Below, piece by piece: positions 38,691 to 49,459 of a DNA stretch of 61,833 nucleotides. A model generated the notes under the pieces. It was given only the letters and a program-made list of their open reading frames with translations. It did not search any database and had not been told where the DNA came from. The position numbers were made by a program, and so were the translations under genes. Numbering within the stretch: the stretch's first letter is position 1; each line of letters begins with the position of its first letter. This DNA comes from a bacterium. GTDB lineage: Bacteria; Patescibacteriota; Minisyncoccia; Phycocordibacterales; JABMNX01. Where the stretch lies: positions 1-61,833 of the forward strand of contig NZBM01000007.1 of assembly GCA_002687905.1 (NCBI GenBank), written 5' to 3'.

Positions 38691-39155
38691 ATGCTAAAGA
38701 TTCGCTTGCAGAGAATAGGAAGGAAAAATGACCCGTCATTTCGGGTTGTTGTTGTTGATTCACACCAAGGACCGAAGAGCGGAAAATATGTTGAGCTTCT
38801 TGGCTCGTATAATCCCAAACTAAATACAGTTTCTATAGACGACGAGCGTGCCAAGTATTGGATAGGGCACGGTGCGCAAGTATCAGACACAGTTCATAAT
38901 ATTCTAGTTAAAGAGGGTGCTATTTCTGGAGAAAAGATAAATGTGTTACCAAAGAAATCTCCTGTAGTTAAGGAGGAAGAGGCCGAGGTTAAAGACGAGT
39001 CTAAAAATGAGCCTAAAGAAGAGTCAAAAGAAGGCGAAAGCGAAGAATCAGCTCTTGAGGAAGCGGTAGAAGAAAAGCCTGCTGAAGAGGAAGAGGGAAA
39101 AGAAGAAGCAGATTCTCCGGCCGAAGAAAAAGAGGAGGAAGAAAAGAAAGAGTAG
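38691..39155 (+). CDS. rpsP: 30S ribosomal protein S16 with an acidic tail
   Basis: MLKIRLQRIG, LGSYNP and GAQVSDTV; TTGACA at 38654. Confidence 0.95.
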   Translation: MLKIRLQRIGRKNDPSFRVVVVDSHQGPKSGKYVELLGSYNPKLNTVSIDDERAKYWIGHGAQVSDTVHNILVKEGAISGEKINVLPKKSPVVKEEEAEVKDESKNEPKEESKEGESEESALEEAVEEKPAEEEEGKEEADSPAEEKEEEEKKE

Positions 39156-39240
39156 TTTGACTTCTACTTATATTGTGTAATCATTGCGGCAACGGCTCAT
39201 GGGTCGAATGCCGGTTTTTACTTTAAGCTAGTGCGACAAT

Positions 39241-39558
39241 ATGGAAGACGATCAGAATTTTCTTGAGCACGTAGTTAAATCGCTAGTTGATAACCCAAAC
39301 GATGTAAAAATCAACCGAACGGTAGATGAGATGGGAGTACTCCTTACCTTATCTGTAAACCGCGAGGACATGGGGAAGATTATTGGCCGATCAGGTAACA
39401 CTGCAAAGGCAATAAGAACTCTTCTTCGTGTAGTCGGAATGAAAAACGACGCAAGGGTTAATCTCAAAATAGAGGAGCCTGAAGGAGGTACTGGAGGAGC
39501 TCCTACTGAAGATGTAACTAAGTCAGTTGACGAGGCGATGGAGGACCTCAAGCTTTAA
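39241..39558 (+). CDS. khpA: KH-domain RNA-binding protein (KhpA/YlqC family)
   Basis: LVDNPNDV and DMGKIIGRSG (GxxG); located between rpsP and trmD. Confidence 0.85.
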   Translation: MEDDQNFLEHVVKSLVDNPNDVKINRTVDEMGVLLTLSVNREDMGKIIGRSGNTAKAIRTLLRVVGMKNDARVNLKIEEPEGGTGGAPTEDVTKSVDEAMEDLKL

Positions 39559-39581
39559 AGGACTCTAATGTTCTCGACATG

Positions 39582-39621
39582 AAGCAAAAATCGTGGCACA
39601 ATCGTGTCACGATTTTTGCTT
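39582..39621 (+). terminator. Hairpin (terminator or REP-like)
   Basis: AAGCAAAAATCGTG...CACGATTTTTGCTT arms followed by T-rich sequence. Confidence 0.55.
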
Positions 39622-39631
39622 TTGTATTTAT

Positions 39632-40273
39632 ATGATTCACTTTCACATAATTACACTCTTTCCGGAAAGCATTGAGGGATATCTTAAATCCTCAATTATT
39701 GGACGTGCAGAAAAGGATAAGAAGATAAAAATCTCCTATTATAATCCACGTGATTTTACAAAAGACAGACACAAGAGAGTTGACAGGCGTCCTTATGGTG
39801 GGGGTCCCGGGATGGTGCTTGAGGCGGAGGCTGTGCTTAGAGCAGTAGAAAAGGCGGTTGGGAAGAAGAAAGATGTAGTGACAATTTTCTTTTCTCCGGG
39901 AGGTAAGGAATTTAATACAAAGGTAGCTAAGTCGCTGTCAAAAAATGCAAAGCATGTAGTACTTATAGCAGGTCATTATGAGGGAGTAGATGCGAGAGTG
40001 AGAAAAATTCTAAAAGCAAAAGAAATTTCGGTTGGACCATATGTACTAACTGGGGGAGAGCTTCCGTCTGCAATTTTAATAGATGCGACTACAAGGCAAA
40101 TTAAAGGAGTTCTTGGAAATTATAGCTCTCTTGAGGAGGGCAGAGTGGCAAGTAAGGATGTCTATACGCGCCCGGAGGTTTTTAGATGGAAGGGAAAAGA
40201 GTACAAAGTGCCAAAAGTGCTTTTATCAGGACATCACAAAGAGATAGAAAAATGGCGCCACAAAAAGAGCTAG
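39632..40273 (+). CDS. trmD: tRNA (guanine-N1)-methyltransferase
   Basis: PYGGGPGM, GHYEGVDAR, YVLTGGE and VLLSGHH. Confidence 0.95.
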   Translation: MIHFHIITLFPESIEGYLKSSIIGRAEKDKKIKISYYNPRDFTKDRHKRVDRRPYGGGPGMVLEAEAVLRAVEKAVGKKKDVVTIFFSPGGKEFNTKVAKSLSKNAKHVVLIAGHYEGVDARVRKILKAKEISVGPYVLTGGELPSAILIDATTRQIKGVLGNYSSLEEGRVASKDVYTRPEVFRWKGKEYKVPKVLLSGHHKEIEKWRHKKS

Positions 40274-40302
40274 TTGACAAGAGGGTTGGCTTAAGGTAGT
40301 AT
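40274..40302 (+). promoter_or_regulatory. Sigma70 promoter
   Basis: TTGACA-17 bp-TAGTAT. Confidence 0.7.
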
Positions 40303-40377
40303 GATTTCGGGTCAAATTCGGGAAGGAGGAACTTCCCAGACCCACTGAGGAAGAACAAAAACCCAAAGGGGGCTGTT

Positions 40378-40581
40378 ATGACACTTACTGGCTGCATAGT
40401 TTGTACGTACAACGACGGGAACGGCGGGACGGAAAAATGCTACCTCTATCAATGTCCCAAAACCCGGCCAACCAAAGAAAAGGGACGAGTGGCCCCCCCA
40501 AGAAGCCACAGGTCCTCACCAACAAGTAGAGACGGAAACCCCGCTCCGAACCCAGCGGACACGGACAGGGACGGTTGCTAG
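40378..40581 (+). CDS. Orphan small Cys-containing protein
   Basis: 67 aa with CIVC..CYLYQC. A purine-rich SD precedes the ATG; promoter upstream and terminator downstream. Confidence 0.45.
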   Translation: MTLTGCIVCTYNDGNGGTEKCYLYQCPKTRPTKEKGRVAPPRSHRSSPTSRDGNPAPNPADTDRDGC

Positions 40582-40613
40582 GAGCGTGATTCGAAGGCGC
40601 TTCAGTTGAAGAA

Positions 40614-40643
40614 TCGCCGCGACGCACTCTAGCGTCGCGGCGA
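40614..40643 (+). terminator. Rho-independent terminator
   Basis: TCGCCGCGACGC/GCGTCGCGGCGA 12-bp stem followed by ATTTCCTTT. Confidence 0.7.
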
Positions 40644-40847
40644 ATTTCCTTTGTATAAAGAATTTGACAGAATTATCCTTCTCCTCTATACTCTATTTAT
40701 TCAGAGAGATTGAGTCTTTGGTGGAGAGGACACATTTTTTTACAAATCAAATCGAGAAAATTACGTAGAGTTTTTTATAACAATTTTCTCGAGGACGGCG
40801 CAAAAGGGAATAACTCTTTTTTGTGCCCGTATTTTGCTGTATAACGA

Positions 40848-43800
40848 ATGGCGATAAAAAAACTTGATCAAAAGCAATTCGGTCGCTTTAAGGAGCCGCT
40901 TGCGCCAATGCCACATTTCATAAAGGCGCAGACGGATTCTTTTGAGTTACTACTTAAAGAAGGTATTGGAGAAATCTTCAAAGAGTTTTCTCCTATTAGT
41001 GATTACTCCGGCAAGAAGTTTGACCTGGAGTTTCTTTCTTTTGAAATGGGGGAGCCAAAGTATGATGAATACTTTGCAAAGAAAAATGTGCTCACCTACG
41101 ATGCACCTCTTCGTACAATTGCAAAGCTTAAAAACAAGACCACAAGGGAGACCAAAGAACAGGAAATCTTTCTGGCAGACTTTCCAATGATGACTTCACA
41201 CGGCACCTTCATAATTAATGGTGCAGAGCGCGCAATAGTTCCACAGCTTGCGCGCTCTTTTGGTGTTTTCTTTACAACAAAGGAAATGAAAGGAAAGAAT
41301 CAGTTTGGAGCAAAGATTATTCCAATGCGCGGCGCGTGGGTTGAGCTTGGAAGTGAACCAGACGGTTGTATTTACGTAAAGATTGATAGAAAAAGGAAGT
41401 TTCCGGTTACAACACTACTTCGCATAATGGGAGCTAGCTTTGATAAGGATATGTTTGACCTTCTAAAGAGCAATCCTCATTCAAAAGAGATGCTTGAGAA
41501 GTGTTTTGAAAAAGATACAGCCACAACAGCTGAAGAGGCTTACATTGAAATTCATAAAAAACTACGTGACGGCGATTTAGCTACCGCCGACAACGCGCGA
41601 GAATATATTAGCTCAATATTTAGTGATGAGCGCTACGACCTGTCGCGAGTTGGAAGAAGACATTTCAATATGCGCTTTGGTATGAGTACCGACGACAAGG
41701 AGCTTGAGAGAAGAACAATTTCTCTTGATGACGTGGTTAGAATAGTTCTAAATATAGTGGAGCTAAACAACACCCCAGGGGCTGGCGCTGATGATATTGA
41801 CCACCTTGGTTTTAGGCGAGTTCGCTACGTAGGGGAGCTTCTTCAGCAAAAAATAAGAGTGGGAATGTCTAGAATGAAGAGAAACATTCAAGACAGGATG
41901 TCCACTGTTGAAGCGGAAACAATCTTACCTATTCAATTTATAAACCCAAGACCATTTCACGCTGCAGTAAGGGAATTTTTTACAACAAACCAGCTTTCCC
42001 AATTCATGGGTCAGCAGAATATACTCTCTGAACTTGAGCACTTAAGAACTCTGTCAGCGCTTGGCCCGGGAGGACTCACCCGTGAGAGAGCTGGATTTGA
42101 GGTTCGCGACGTTCACCCAAGTCATTATGGGAGACTCTGCCCTATCCACACTCCTGAAGGTCCAAATATTGGACTAATCCTTCACCTTGCGGTTCATGCA
42201 AGGATTAATGAGTTTGGAATAATTGAGACTCCTTATGCAAAGGTTGAAAGTGGAAAGATAACGGGTGAGGTGGCGCATTTAAATGCACTTGAGGAAGAAA
42301 AAGAAAATATAGCGCACGCCGCTACTCCATATGATAAAGATGGAAATATAACAGAGGAGCTTGTTGAGGTTCGTATTAAAGGAGAGCCTGGTTTGGTGGA
42401 CAAAAAGGAAGTTGGCTATATTGATATCGCTCCAAATCAAGCATTTTCAATAGCAACATCAATGATTCCTTTCCTTGAGCACGATGATGCAAACCGCGCT
42501 CTTATGGGCTCAAACATGCAAAAGCAAGCTACTCCTTGTATTGTTCCTGATGCTCCTATTGTAGCTACGGGTATTGAAGAGTCTGCGGCAAGAGATTCCG
42601 GAAGGTTGATTTATGCCAAGGAAGCAGGAGAGGTAACTTATGTTGATGCAGGGAAAGTGGAAGTAAGCGGTTCAGGTAAAAAAGAAGTTTATCCTCTTGT
42701 TACTTTCTCAAGAACAAACGATATGTCGGCATTTCACCAACGACCTGTTGTAGATTTAGGACAGAAAGTCAAAAAAGGCGAGCTTCTAGCTGACGCGTCT
42801 TCAACCGACAGAGGGCAAGTAGCACTCGGGCAGAACATTCGCGTGGCCTTTATGTCATGGTCCGGAGCAAACTATGAGGACGCTATTATTATCTCAGAAA
42901 GGCTTGTTAAAAACAGTAAGTTTACAAGTATTCACGTTGAGGAATTCACAGTAAGTGTTCGTGACACAAAGCTTGGCCCTGAAGTAACAACTCATGACAT
43001 ACCAAATGTAGGGGAAACAAAACTTAAAAATCTTGACGAGGAAGGGGTTGTAAGAATTGGTGCAGAAGTTCGCCCTGGAGATATTCTTGTAGGAAAGGTA
43101 ACTCCAAAAGGAGAAACCCAACTTACCCCAGAGGAAAGGCTACTCCGCTCAATTTTTGGGGAGAAAGCTAAAGACGTTAAAGACACATCCTTAAGAATGG
43201 AAGGAGGAAAGCGTGGGCGTGTGGTGGGAGTTAAGGTGTTTTCAAGAGAAAATGGTGACAATTTAGATTCCGGAATAATAAAGAAAATTCACGTTGAAAT
43301 AGCTCAGCTAAGAAATGTCTCTGTTGGAGATAAACTTGCGGGGCGACATGGTAACAAAGGTGTTATCTCGAAAGTGCTTCCCGAGGAGGATATGCCTTAC
43401 ACAAAGGATGGTGAGCCTATTGACTTAATTCTTACACCGCTTGGGGTGCCTAGTCGTATGAACTTGGGGCAGATTCTTGAGCTTCATTTAGGCCTTGCTG
43501 CAAACTCTCTTCAATACCAAGCGATCGTACCTCCATTTACTGGAGCAACTGATAAAGAAATACAGGACGAGCTAAAAGAGGCAGGATTTCCTGAAAATGG
43601 AAAGATAAAACTTTATGACGGAAGAACAGGAGAGTCATTTGATCAAGATATTGCCGTTGGTTATATGTATATCCTTAAGCTTCATCATATGGTTGAGGAC
43701 AAGATTCATATGCGTTCAATTGGTCCTTATTCTCTAATTACACAGCAACCTCTTGGTGGGAAAGCTCAAAATGGAGGACAGCGATTTGGGGAGATGGAAG

Positions 43801-44027
43801 TATGGGCTCTACTTGGCTATGGCGTAGCACATATTTTACGTGAAGTGCTAACTATTAAATCAGACGACATAGTAGGACGTTCTGCAGCATTTGACGCGAT
43901 AGTTCGAGGTGAAAGGATAACTAATTTACAAACCCCGGCAGCATTTAATGTGCTACTTAAACACTTACGCGGGCTTTCTCTTGATGCAAAACTTGAGCGA
44001 CTAGAGGACGTTGAAGAAGAAAAATAA
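40848..44027 (+). CDS. rpoB: RNA polymerase beta subunit
   Basis: RDVHPSHYGR, TPEGPNIG, GDKLAGRHGNKG and GQRFGEME. Confidence 0.98.
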   Translation: MAIKKLDQKQFGRFKEPLAPMPHFIKAQTDSFELLLKEGIGEIFKEFSPISDYSGKKFDLEFLSFEMGEPKYDEYFAKKNVLTYDAPLRTIAKLKNKTTRETKEQEIFLADFPMMTSHGTFIINGAERAIVPQLARSFGVFFTTKEMKGKNQFGAKIIPMRGAWVELGSEPDGCIYVKIDRKRKFPVTTLLRIMGASFDKDMFDLLKSNPHSKEMLEKCFEKDTATTAEEAYIEIHKKLRDGDLATADNAREYISSIFSDERYDLSRVGRRHFNMRFGMSTDDKELERRTISLDDVVRIVLNIVELNNTPGAGADDIDHLGFRRVRYVGELLQQKIRVGMSRMKRNIQDRMSTVEAETILPIQFINPRPFHAAVREFFTTNQLSQFMGQQNILSELEHLRTLSALGPGGLTRERAGFEVRDVHPSHYGRLCPIHTPEGPNIGLILHLAVHARINEFGIIETPYAKVESGKITGEVAHLNALEEEKENIAHAATPYDKDGNITEELVEVRIKGEPGLVDKKEVGYIDIAPNQAFSIATSMIPFLEHDDANRALMGSNMQKQATPCIVPDAPIVATGIEESAARDSGRLIYAKEAGEVTYVDAGKVEVSGSGKKEVYPLVTFSRTNDMSAFHQRPVVDLGQKVKKGELLADASSTDRGQVALGQNIRVAFMSWSGANYEDAIIISERLVKNSKFTSIHVEEFTVSVRDTKLGPEVTTHDIPNVGETKLKNLDEEGVVRIGAEVRPGDILVGKVTPKGETQLTPEERLLRSIFGEKAKDVKDTSLRMEGGKRGRVVGVKVFSRENGDNLDSGIIKKIHVEIAQLRNVSVGDKLAGRHGNKGVISKVLPEEDMPYTKDGEPIDLILTPLGVPSRMNLGQILELHLGLAANSLQYQAIVPPFTGATDKEIQDELKEAGFPENGKIKLYDGRTGESFDQDIAVGYMYILKLHHMVEDKIHMRSIGPYSLITQQPLGGKAQNGGQRFGEMEVWALLGYGVAHILREVLTIKSDDIVGRSAAFDAIVRGERITNLQTPAAFNVLLKHLRGLSLDAKLERLEDVEEEK

Positions 44028-44028
44028 T

Positions 44029-47000
44029 ATGGAACCAAAAAGAAGAGAACATGATCCAATAAATTTTGATGCAGTGACCCTTAGGCTCGCTTCTCCTGAG
44101 CGTATTTTGGATTGGTCATATGGTGAGGTAACAAAGCCGGAGACAATTAACTACAGAACTCAACGCGCAGAGAAAAACGGGCTTTTTGATGAGAAAATTT
44201 TTGGACCGGAAAAAGACTATGAATGTTACTGTGGAAAATATCGCGGAATAAGATACAAAGGAATTGTTTGTGATAAATGTGGAGTTGAAGTCACTCGCTC
44301 AATAGTTCGTCGCGAGAGGATGGCTAACATTGAGCTTGCGATCCCTGTTGCTCACATTTGGTTTTTAAGAGGAATTCCATCGAGAATTGCTCTTATTCTT
44401 GGTCTTTCAGCAAGCGACGTTGAGAAGGTGGCGTATTTTGCAGGATACATAATCACCAAAGTAGATGAGACAGAGAGAGCAAGTCTTCTTAAAGAGCTTG
44501 ATAGTGAGTATAAAAACAAAGTCGGCGCTTCAAAAGATGCAAAGACAAAGACTAAATTGAAAGAACTTCTAACCGCAACAAAACAAGACATACAAAGCAT
44601 TCAAGAGATGGCAGTGGTCGACGAGGCTACGTACCATAAATTTGCTGTTAAATATGGAGGTCTTTTTGAGGCAGAGATTGGAGCAGAGGCAGTTTACAAC
44701 ATATTTAAGAATATAAATCTAGATAAGTTAATCAAGAAGTTAAACGAAAGACTAGAAGTGGCAGGCGCAGTAGAGCGTGAGAAATTAAACAAGAGATTAG
44801 CGCTTCTAAAGTCAATGAGAAAAGCGGGCGTTCGCCCAGAATGGATGTTTTTGGTAAGGCTTCCGGTTATTCCACCGGCTCTAAGACCAATGGTTCCGCT
44901 TGAAGGAGGGAGGCATGCCTCATCTGACGTAAATGACCTCTACCGTAGAGTCATAAACAGAAACAATAGATTAAAGAAGCTTCAGGACATAAATGCGCCA
45001 GAGGTAATTCAGAGAAATGAGAAGAGAATTCTTCAGGAGGCAGTTGACGCTCTAATTGATAATTCAATTAGGCACGGAAATACAATGTTCTCTGCTATGA
45101 GTCAGTCTCAAAGACGTCCGCTCAAGTCTTTGTCTGATTACCTAAAAGGAAAGCAGGGATACTTTAGAGGAAACCTTCTTGGAAAAAGAGTGGACTATTC
45201 CGGGCGTTCCGTGATTGTTATTGGTCCTGATCTTGAGATAGACCAGTGTGGACTTCCAAAACATATGGCGCTTGAGCTATTTAGACCTTTTGTAATAAGT
45301 AAGCTTCTTGAAAAAGAACTGGCATATAACATACGAGGAGCCGGAAGATTAATTGAAGACGGAATCCCCGAAGTATGGGCAATCCTTGAGGATGTAATTA
45401 AGGACAAACACGTACTTCTAAACCGTGCCCCAACACTTCACAGACAGGGTATTCAGGCTTTCAGACCAATTCTAATTGAAGGAAATGCGATTCAAATTCA
45501 CCCACTTGTTTGTGAGGCATTTAATGCGGACTTTGACGGTGACCAGATGGCCGTTCACGTCCCTCTTTCAGATGAGGCCCAGCTTGAAGCTAAAGAGATA
45601 ATGTCAGCAAGAGAAAACGTACTAAAACCGGGAAGCGGTGAGGTTGTAACTAATGCTAGGCAAGACATTATCCTTGGCTGTTATTGGATGACAAAAATAG
45701 TTGAGGGTGAAAAGGGAGAAGGTAAATTCTTCCCGTCGCCTAATAATGCGATTACGGCATATGACTTTGAAGACGTAGGATTTCGCTCAAAGATAAAAGT
45801 GATGCCTACTACTAGTGACAAATATAAAGATTTTAATGGGGAAGTGTTTGAAACTTCCGTAGGAAGGCTTCTGTTCAACAGTGTTTTGCCTAAGGACTTT
45901 CCATTTATAAATGATGAGATGACCAATAAGAAGATGGCAGGTTTGGTTGAAGTTCTTATTGATAAGTACGGACTGGAGGAAATACCTTACATCTTAGACA
46001 AAATCAAAAACTTTGGCTTTAAGTATGCAACACACGCCGGTGTTACGTGGAGCCTTTCTGACGTTACGGTTCCTCCTGGAAAAGAGGGAATAGTTGATGA
46101 GGCTAAAAAAGAGGCCGCAGAGATTATAGCTCAATACAATGAGGGACTTCTTTCAGCAAATGAAAAGGTTAGGATGCTTGTAAAAGTGTGGCAGGACGTA
46201 ACAACTAACATCGAAAAACTTCTTCCGGACACACTTGATCCAAACGGCTCTGTTCACGACATGCTTTTCTCTGGTGCACGAGGTTCGGTTAGGCAGTTAA
46301 ACCAAATGGCAGGGATGAAGGGTCTAATTCAGAATACAAAAGGGGAGGTAATTGACTTCCCTATTATTGCATCGATGAAAGAGGGGCTTACTCCTATTGA
46401 ATACTTTGTTACTACGCACGGTGCTCGTAAAGGTCTTTCTGACACTGCGCTTCAAACCGCAAAAGCCGGATACCTAACAAGAAGGCTCTTTGATGTGGCG
46501 CAAGATATAATCATAACGGAGAATGATTGTTCAACTAAGGAAGGAGTAGAAATAAGTCGCGACAGTGCGTCTGGAATAAAGATTTCATTTGCAAGAAATC
46601 TTCGCGGAAGAATACTTTCAGAAGCTGTTAAATCTGGAAGAAAGACACTCTTTGAGAAAGGACATATGCTTAGTGCGGCTGACGCAGAAGTTATAGAGGC
46701 TGACGAAGGAGTAGAGGCCGTAATACTTCGTTCACCCATGACATGTAGAACTCCACACGGGATTTGTAAGAAATGTTATGGAGCCGATATTTCAACGAAT
46801 GAACTTGTAGAGATCGGAGAAGCTATAGGGACAGTAGCAGCGCAAGCCATTGGTGAGCCGGGAACCCAACTTACTATGCGTACTTTCCACACCGGAGGAA
46901 CCGCAAGTGTTGGTGGAGACATTACCCAAGGACTTCCGCGTGTTGAGGAGGTGTTTGAGCGTCGTCAACCAAAAAACCCAGCCGCAATAGCCCACATTTC

Positions 47001-47712
47001 AGGAACAGTGTCTGAAATTCGCGACGAAGGAAAGGAGAAAATACTTGTACTTCTTCCAGATGGAACAAGTAAGACCACAAAGAAAAAAGACTTAGAATAC
47101 CCAATTCACTTTCTTAGAATGCTATTGGTGAAAGTGGGAGACAAAGTAGAGAAAGGACAATTCCTAACAGATGGCTCGGCAAATCTTGAGGAGCATTTTA
47201 AATTTGCAGGAAAAGAAGCAACCCAAGAGTACATAATTAGTGAGACAAGTAGAATCTACGAGCTTCAAGGTGTGACTATTTCAAGGAAACACATTGAAGT
47301 CATAATTAGGCAGATGTTCTCGCGAAGAAAGATTAAGCAGTCCGGAGACACTGAATTTTCAGTAGGAGATATGGTTGAGGAGTTTGATCTTCTTGCGGAA
47401 AACAAGAGAGTTAAAGGTGAAGGAGGCGAGCAGGCTGTTGCCGATGCGCTCCTCCTTGGAATTATGGAAGTGTCTCTTTCAAGAAAGAGCTTCCTTTCGG
47501 CTTCTTCATTCCAGAACACAACCCGCGTGCTTATAAATGCGGCTGTTAAGGGTGGAGTAGACAAACTAAGAGGACTTAAGGAGAACGTTATTATCGGAAG
47601 GCTAATTCCAGCTGGAACTGGCTACGAAGGAAGTCCTAAGAATGAAAAAGTGGCAGAACTTAAAAGAGAGCTCTCTCAAAAAGACGCCGAAATGAGGGGA
47701 GAAGAAGAGTAG
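44029..47712 (+). CDS. rpoC: RNA polymerase beta' subunit
   Basis: NADFDGD, LLGKRVDYSG and GEPGTQLTMRTFH. Confidence 0.98.
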   Translation: MEPKRREHDPINFDAVTLRLASPERILDWSYGEVTKPETINYRTQRAEKNGLFDEKIFGPEKDYECYCGKYRGIRYKGIVCDKCGVEVTRSIVRRERMANIELAIPVAHIWFLRGIPSRIALILGLSASDVEKVAYFAGYIITKVDETERASLLKELDSEYKNKVGASKDAKTKTKLKELLTATKQDIQSIQEMAVVDEATYHKFAVKYGGLFEAEIGAEAVYNIFKNINLDKLIKKLNERLEVAGAVEREKLNKRLALLKSMRKAGVRPEWMFLVRLPVIPPALRPMVPLEGGRHASSDVNDLYRRVINRNNRLKKLQDINAPEVIQRNEKRILQEAVDALIDNSIRHGNTMFSAMSQSQRRPLKSLSDYLKGKQGYFRGNLLGKRVDYSGRSVIVIGPDLEIDQCGLPKHMALELFRPFVISKLLEKELAYNIRGAGRLIEDGIPEVWAILEDVIKDKHVLLNRAPTLHRQGIQAFRPILIEGNAIQIHPLVCEAFNADFDGDQMAVHVPLSDEAQLEAKEIMSARENVLKPGSGEVVTNARQDIILGCYWMTKIVEGEKGEGKFFPSPNNAITAYDFEDVGFRSKIKVMPTTSDKYKDFNGEVFETSVGRLLFNSVLPKDFPFINDEMTNKKMAGLVEVLIDKYGLEEIPYILDKIKNFGFKYATHAGVTWSLSDVTVPPGKEGIVDEAKKEAAEIIAQYNEGLLSANEKVRMLVKVWQDVTTNIEKLLPDTLDPNGSVHDMLFSGARGSVRQLNQMAGMKGLIQNTKGEVIDFPIIASMKEGLTPIEYFVTTHGARKGLSDTALQTAKAGYLTRRLFDVAQDIIITENDCSTKEGVEISRDSASGIKISFARNLRGRILSEAVKSGRKTLFEKGHMLSAADAEVIEADEGVEAVILRSPMTCRTPHGICKKCYGADISTNELVEIGEAIGTVAAQAIGEPGTQLTMRTFHTGGTASVGGDITQGLPRVEEVFERRQPKNPAAIAHISGTVSEIRDEGKEKILVLLPDGTSKTTKKKDLEYPIHFLRMLLVKVGDKVEKGQFLTDGSANLEEHFKFAGKEATQEYIISETSRIYELQGVTISRKHIEVIIRQMFSRRKIKQSGDTEFSVGDMVEEFDLLAENKRVKGEGGEQAVADALLLGIMEVSLSRKSFLSASSFQNTTRVLINAAVKGGVDKLRGLKENVIIGRLIPAGTGYEGSPKNEKVAELKRELSQKDAEMRGEEE

Positions 47713-47748
47713 TTGAAAGAGGCGGTTGGTGGGACTAATATTGTTTCT

Positions 47749-49449
47749 ATGATCTCTCCAGTAGATCAAATAAAAGAAAGACTAACTATCGTTGATGTAG
47801 TTTCCTCGTATATAAAGCTAATTAAGGCTGGTAGGAACTTCAAAGCCCGCTCCCCTTTTTCAAATGAGAAAACGCCGTCCTTTTTTGTTTCTCCTGATAG
47901 GGATATGTATTACTGTTTTTCAACCAGCCAAGGAGGGGACATATTCACCTTTACAGAGAAGATGGAAGGAGTGGATTTTAAAGGAGCTTTAAAAATACTT
48001 GCGGACAGAGCGGGTGTTGACTTGGTTTATGAAGGTTCTACAAGAAGAGATGAAAAGGAAGTTCTTTATAAGATACTTGATGATGCCACAAGACATTTTG
48101 AGGACAATCTTAAAAGAAGGAAAGACGTAAGAGACTATATGAAAGAAAGGGGAGTAAGTGAAAGAACAATGAAAATATTTCGTATAGGCTATGCGCTTGA
48201 TGAGTGGCAAAACTTGCACGAATATCTTGTAGGGAAAAGGTATAAGGAAAGCGATATAGAGAGCGTGGGTCTTTTAAAACAAGCTGAAAACAACAAACGT
48301 AAGTACGACGCATTTCGCGGAAGGATAATCTTTCCAATAAGGGACAATGCCGGAAGAATTGTGGCATTTTCAGGAAGAGTCTTTGAGGGAGGGGAAGGAA
48401 TGGGTAAATATATAAATTCTCCGGAGACGGCACTTTATCACAAGTCACGCATTTTATTCGGTTATGATTTTGCAAAATCTACCATTAGAAAACATGACTT
48501 CTCTATAGTGGTAGAGGGGCAGATGGATGTCTTAATGGCTCATCAGGCTGGTTTTACCAATACGGTTGCGGTCTCAGGCACTTCGCTTACTGAAGAGCAG
48601 CTTAAGCTTTTAAATAGGCTGTCAAGAAATATCGTTTTGGCTTTTGATTCCGATGATGCCGGAGTGTCTTCTGTAAAAAGGAGCTCAGAGTTAGCACTTT
48701 CTCTTGGAATGGATGTAAAGGTTGCAACTATGAAGAAAGGAAAAGACCCGGCTGATCTTATTAAAGAGAGCAAGGAGAAGTGGAGAAAGACCATAAAAGA
48801 ATCAAAACACATTATAGAGTTTCTACTCGATCTTTTAGAAGAGGAAAAACTTGATTCAAGGTCGTTTAGGAAGAAAGTTAGTGAAGAGGTACTACCTTTT
48901 GTAGCGAGAATTACAAGTAAGATTGATCAGGGACACTTCATAGAGATGGTTTCAAAAAGGATAAACATTCCGGAGGATACTGTAAGAGAGGAAGTATCAA
49001 GAATAAAAATAGATACTACAGAAATTAGTGAACCTAAAAGACCGGTAAGTCAAAACAGAGGCACAAGAAGAGACAAGATAGAAAGAAGACTACTCGGTAT
49101 AATTAATTGGCAAGAGTCTTTAAAAAAGCCGTTAATTGATACCGAGGGACTTAGAAAATCCTTTTCCCGCGTAGTTGGTAAGACTCGTCTAAGTGAATTA
49201 GAGGAATCTACTCAAACCAACGAAGACGCCTTTCGCGCCGAGATAGTGCATAGGAACGGTACTATAGATGAAGATATTAAGGAATTAATAAACGCTCTTT
49301 CAGTAGAGAATGAAAAGAGTAAGTTATCACGCATAACAGAAGATCTTAAGAGAGCTGAGTCTGAAGGCGACGGCAAGAAAGCAAAGGAGCTTTTGGAGAA
49401 GAGTAAGAAACTTTCAGAGGCTATTGCTAAGTTATCAATCAATGAGTAA
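47749..49449 (+). CDS. dnaG: DNA primase
   Basis: [22 protein letters not shown] and FDSDDAG. The zinc-finger ligands are degenerate (SPFS/CFST). Confidence 0.95.
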   Translation: MISPVDQIKERLTIVDVVSSYIKLIKAGRNFKARSPFSNEKTPSFFVSPDRDMYYCFSTSQGGDIFTFTEKMEGVDFKGALKILADRAGVDLVYEGSTRRDEKEVLYKILDDATRHFEDNLKRRKDVRDYMKERGVSERTMKIFRIGYALDEWQNLHEYLVGKRYKESDIESVGLLKQAENNKRKYDAFRGRIIFPIRDNAGRIVAFSGRVFEGGEGMGKYINSPETALYHKSRILFGYDFAKSTIRKHDFSIVVEGQMDVLMAHQAGFTNTVAVSGTSLTEEQLKLLNRLSRNIVLAFDSDDAGVSSVKRSSELALSLGMDVKVATMKKGKDPADLIKESKEKWRKTIKESKHIIEFLLDLLEEEKLDSRSFRKKVSEEVLPFVARITSKIDQGHFIEMVSKRINIPEDTVREEVSRIKIDTTEISEPKRPVSQNRGTRRDKIERRLLGIINWQESLKKPLIDTEGLRKSFSRVVGKTRLSELEESTQTNEDAFRAEIVHRNGTIDEDIKELINALSVENEKSKLSRITEDLKRAESEGDGKKAKELLEKSKKLSEAIAKLSINE

Positions 49450-49459
49450 AGTACTACGT

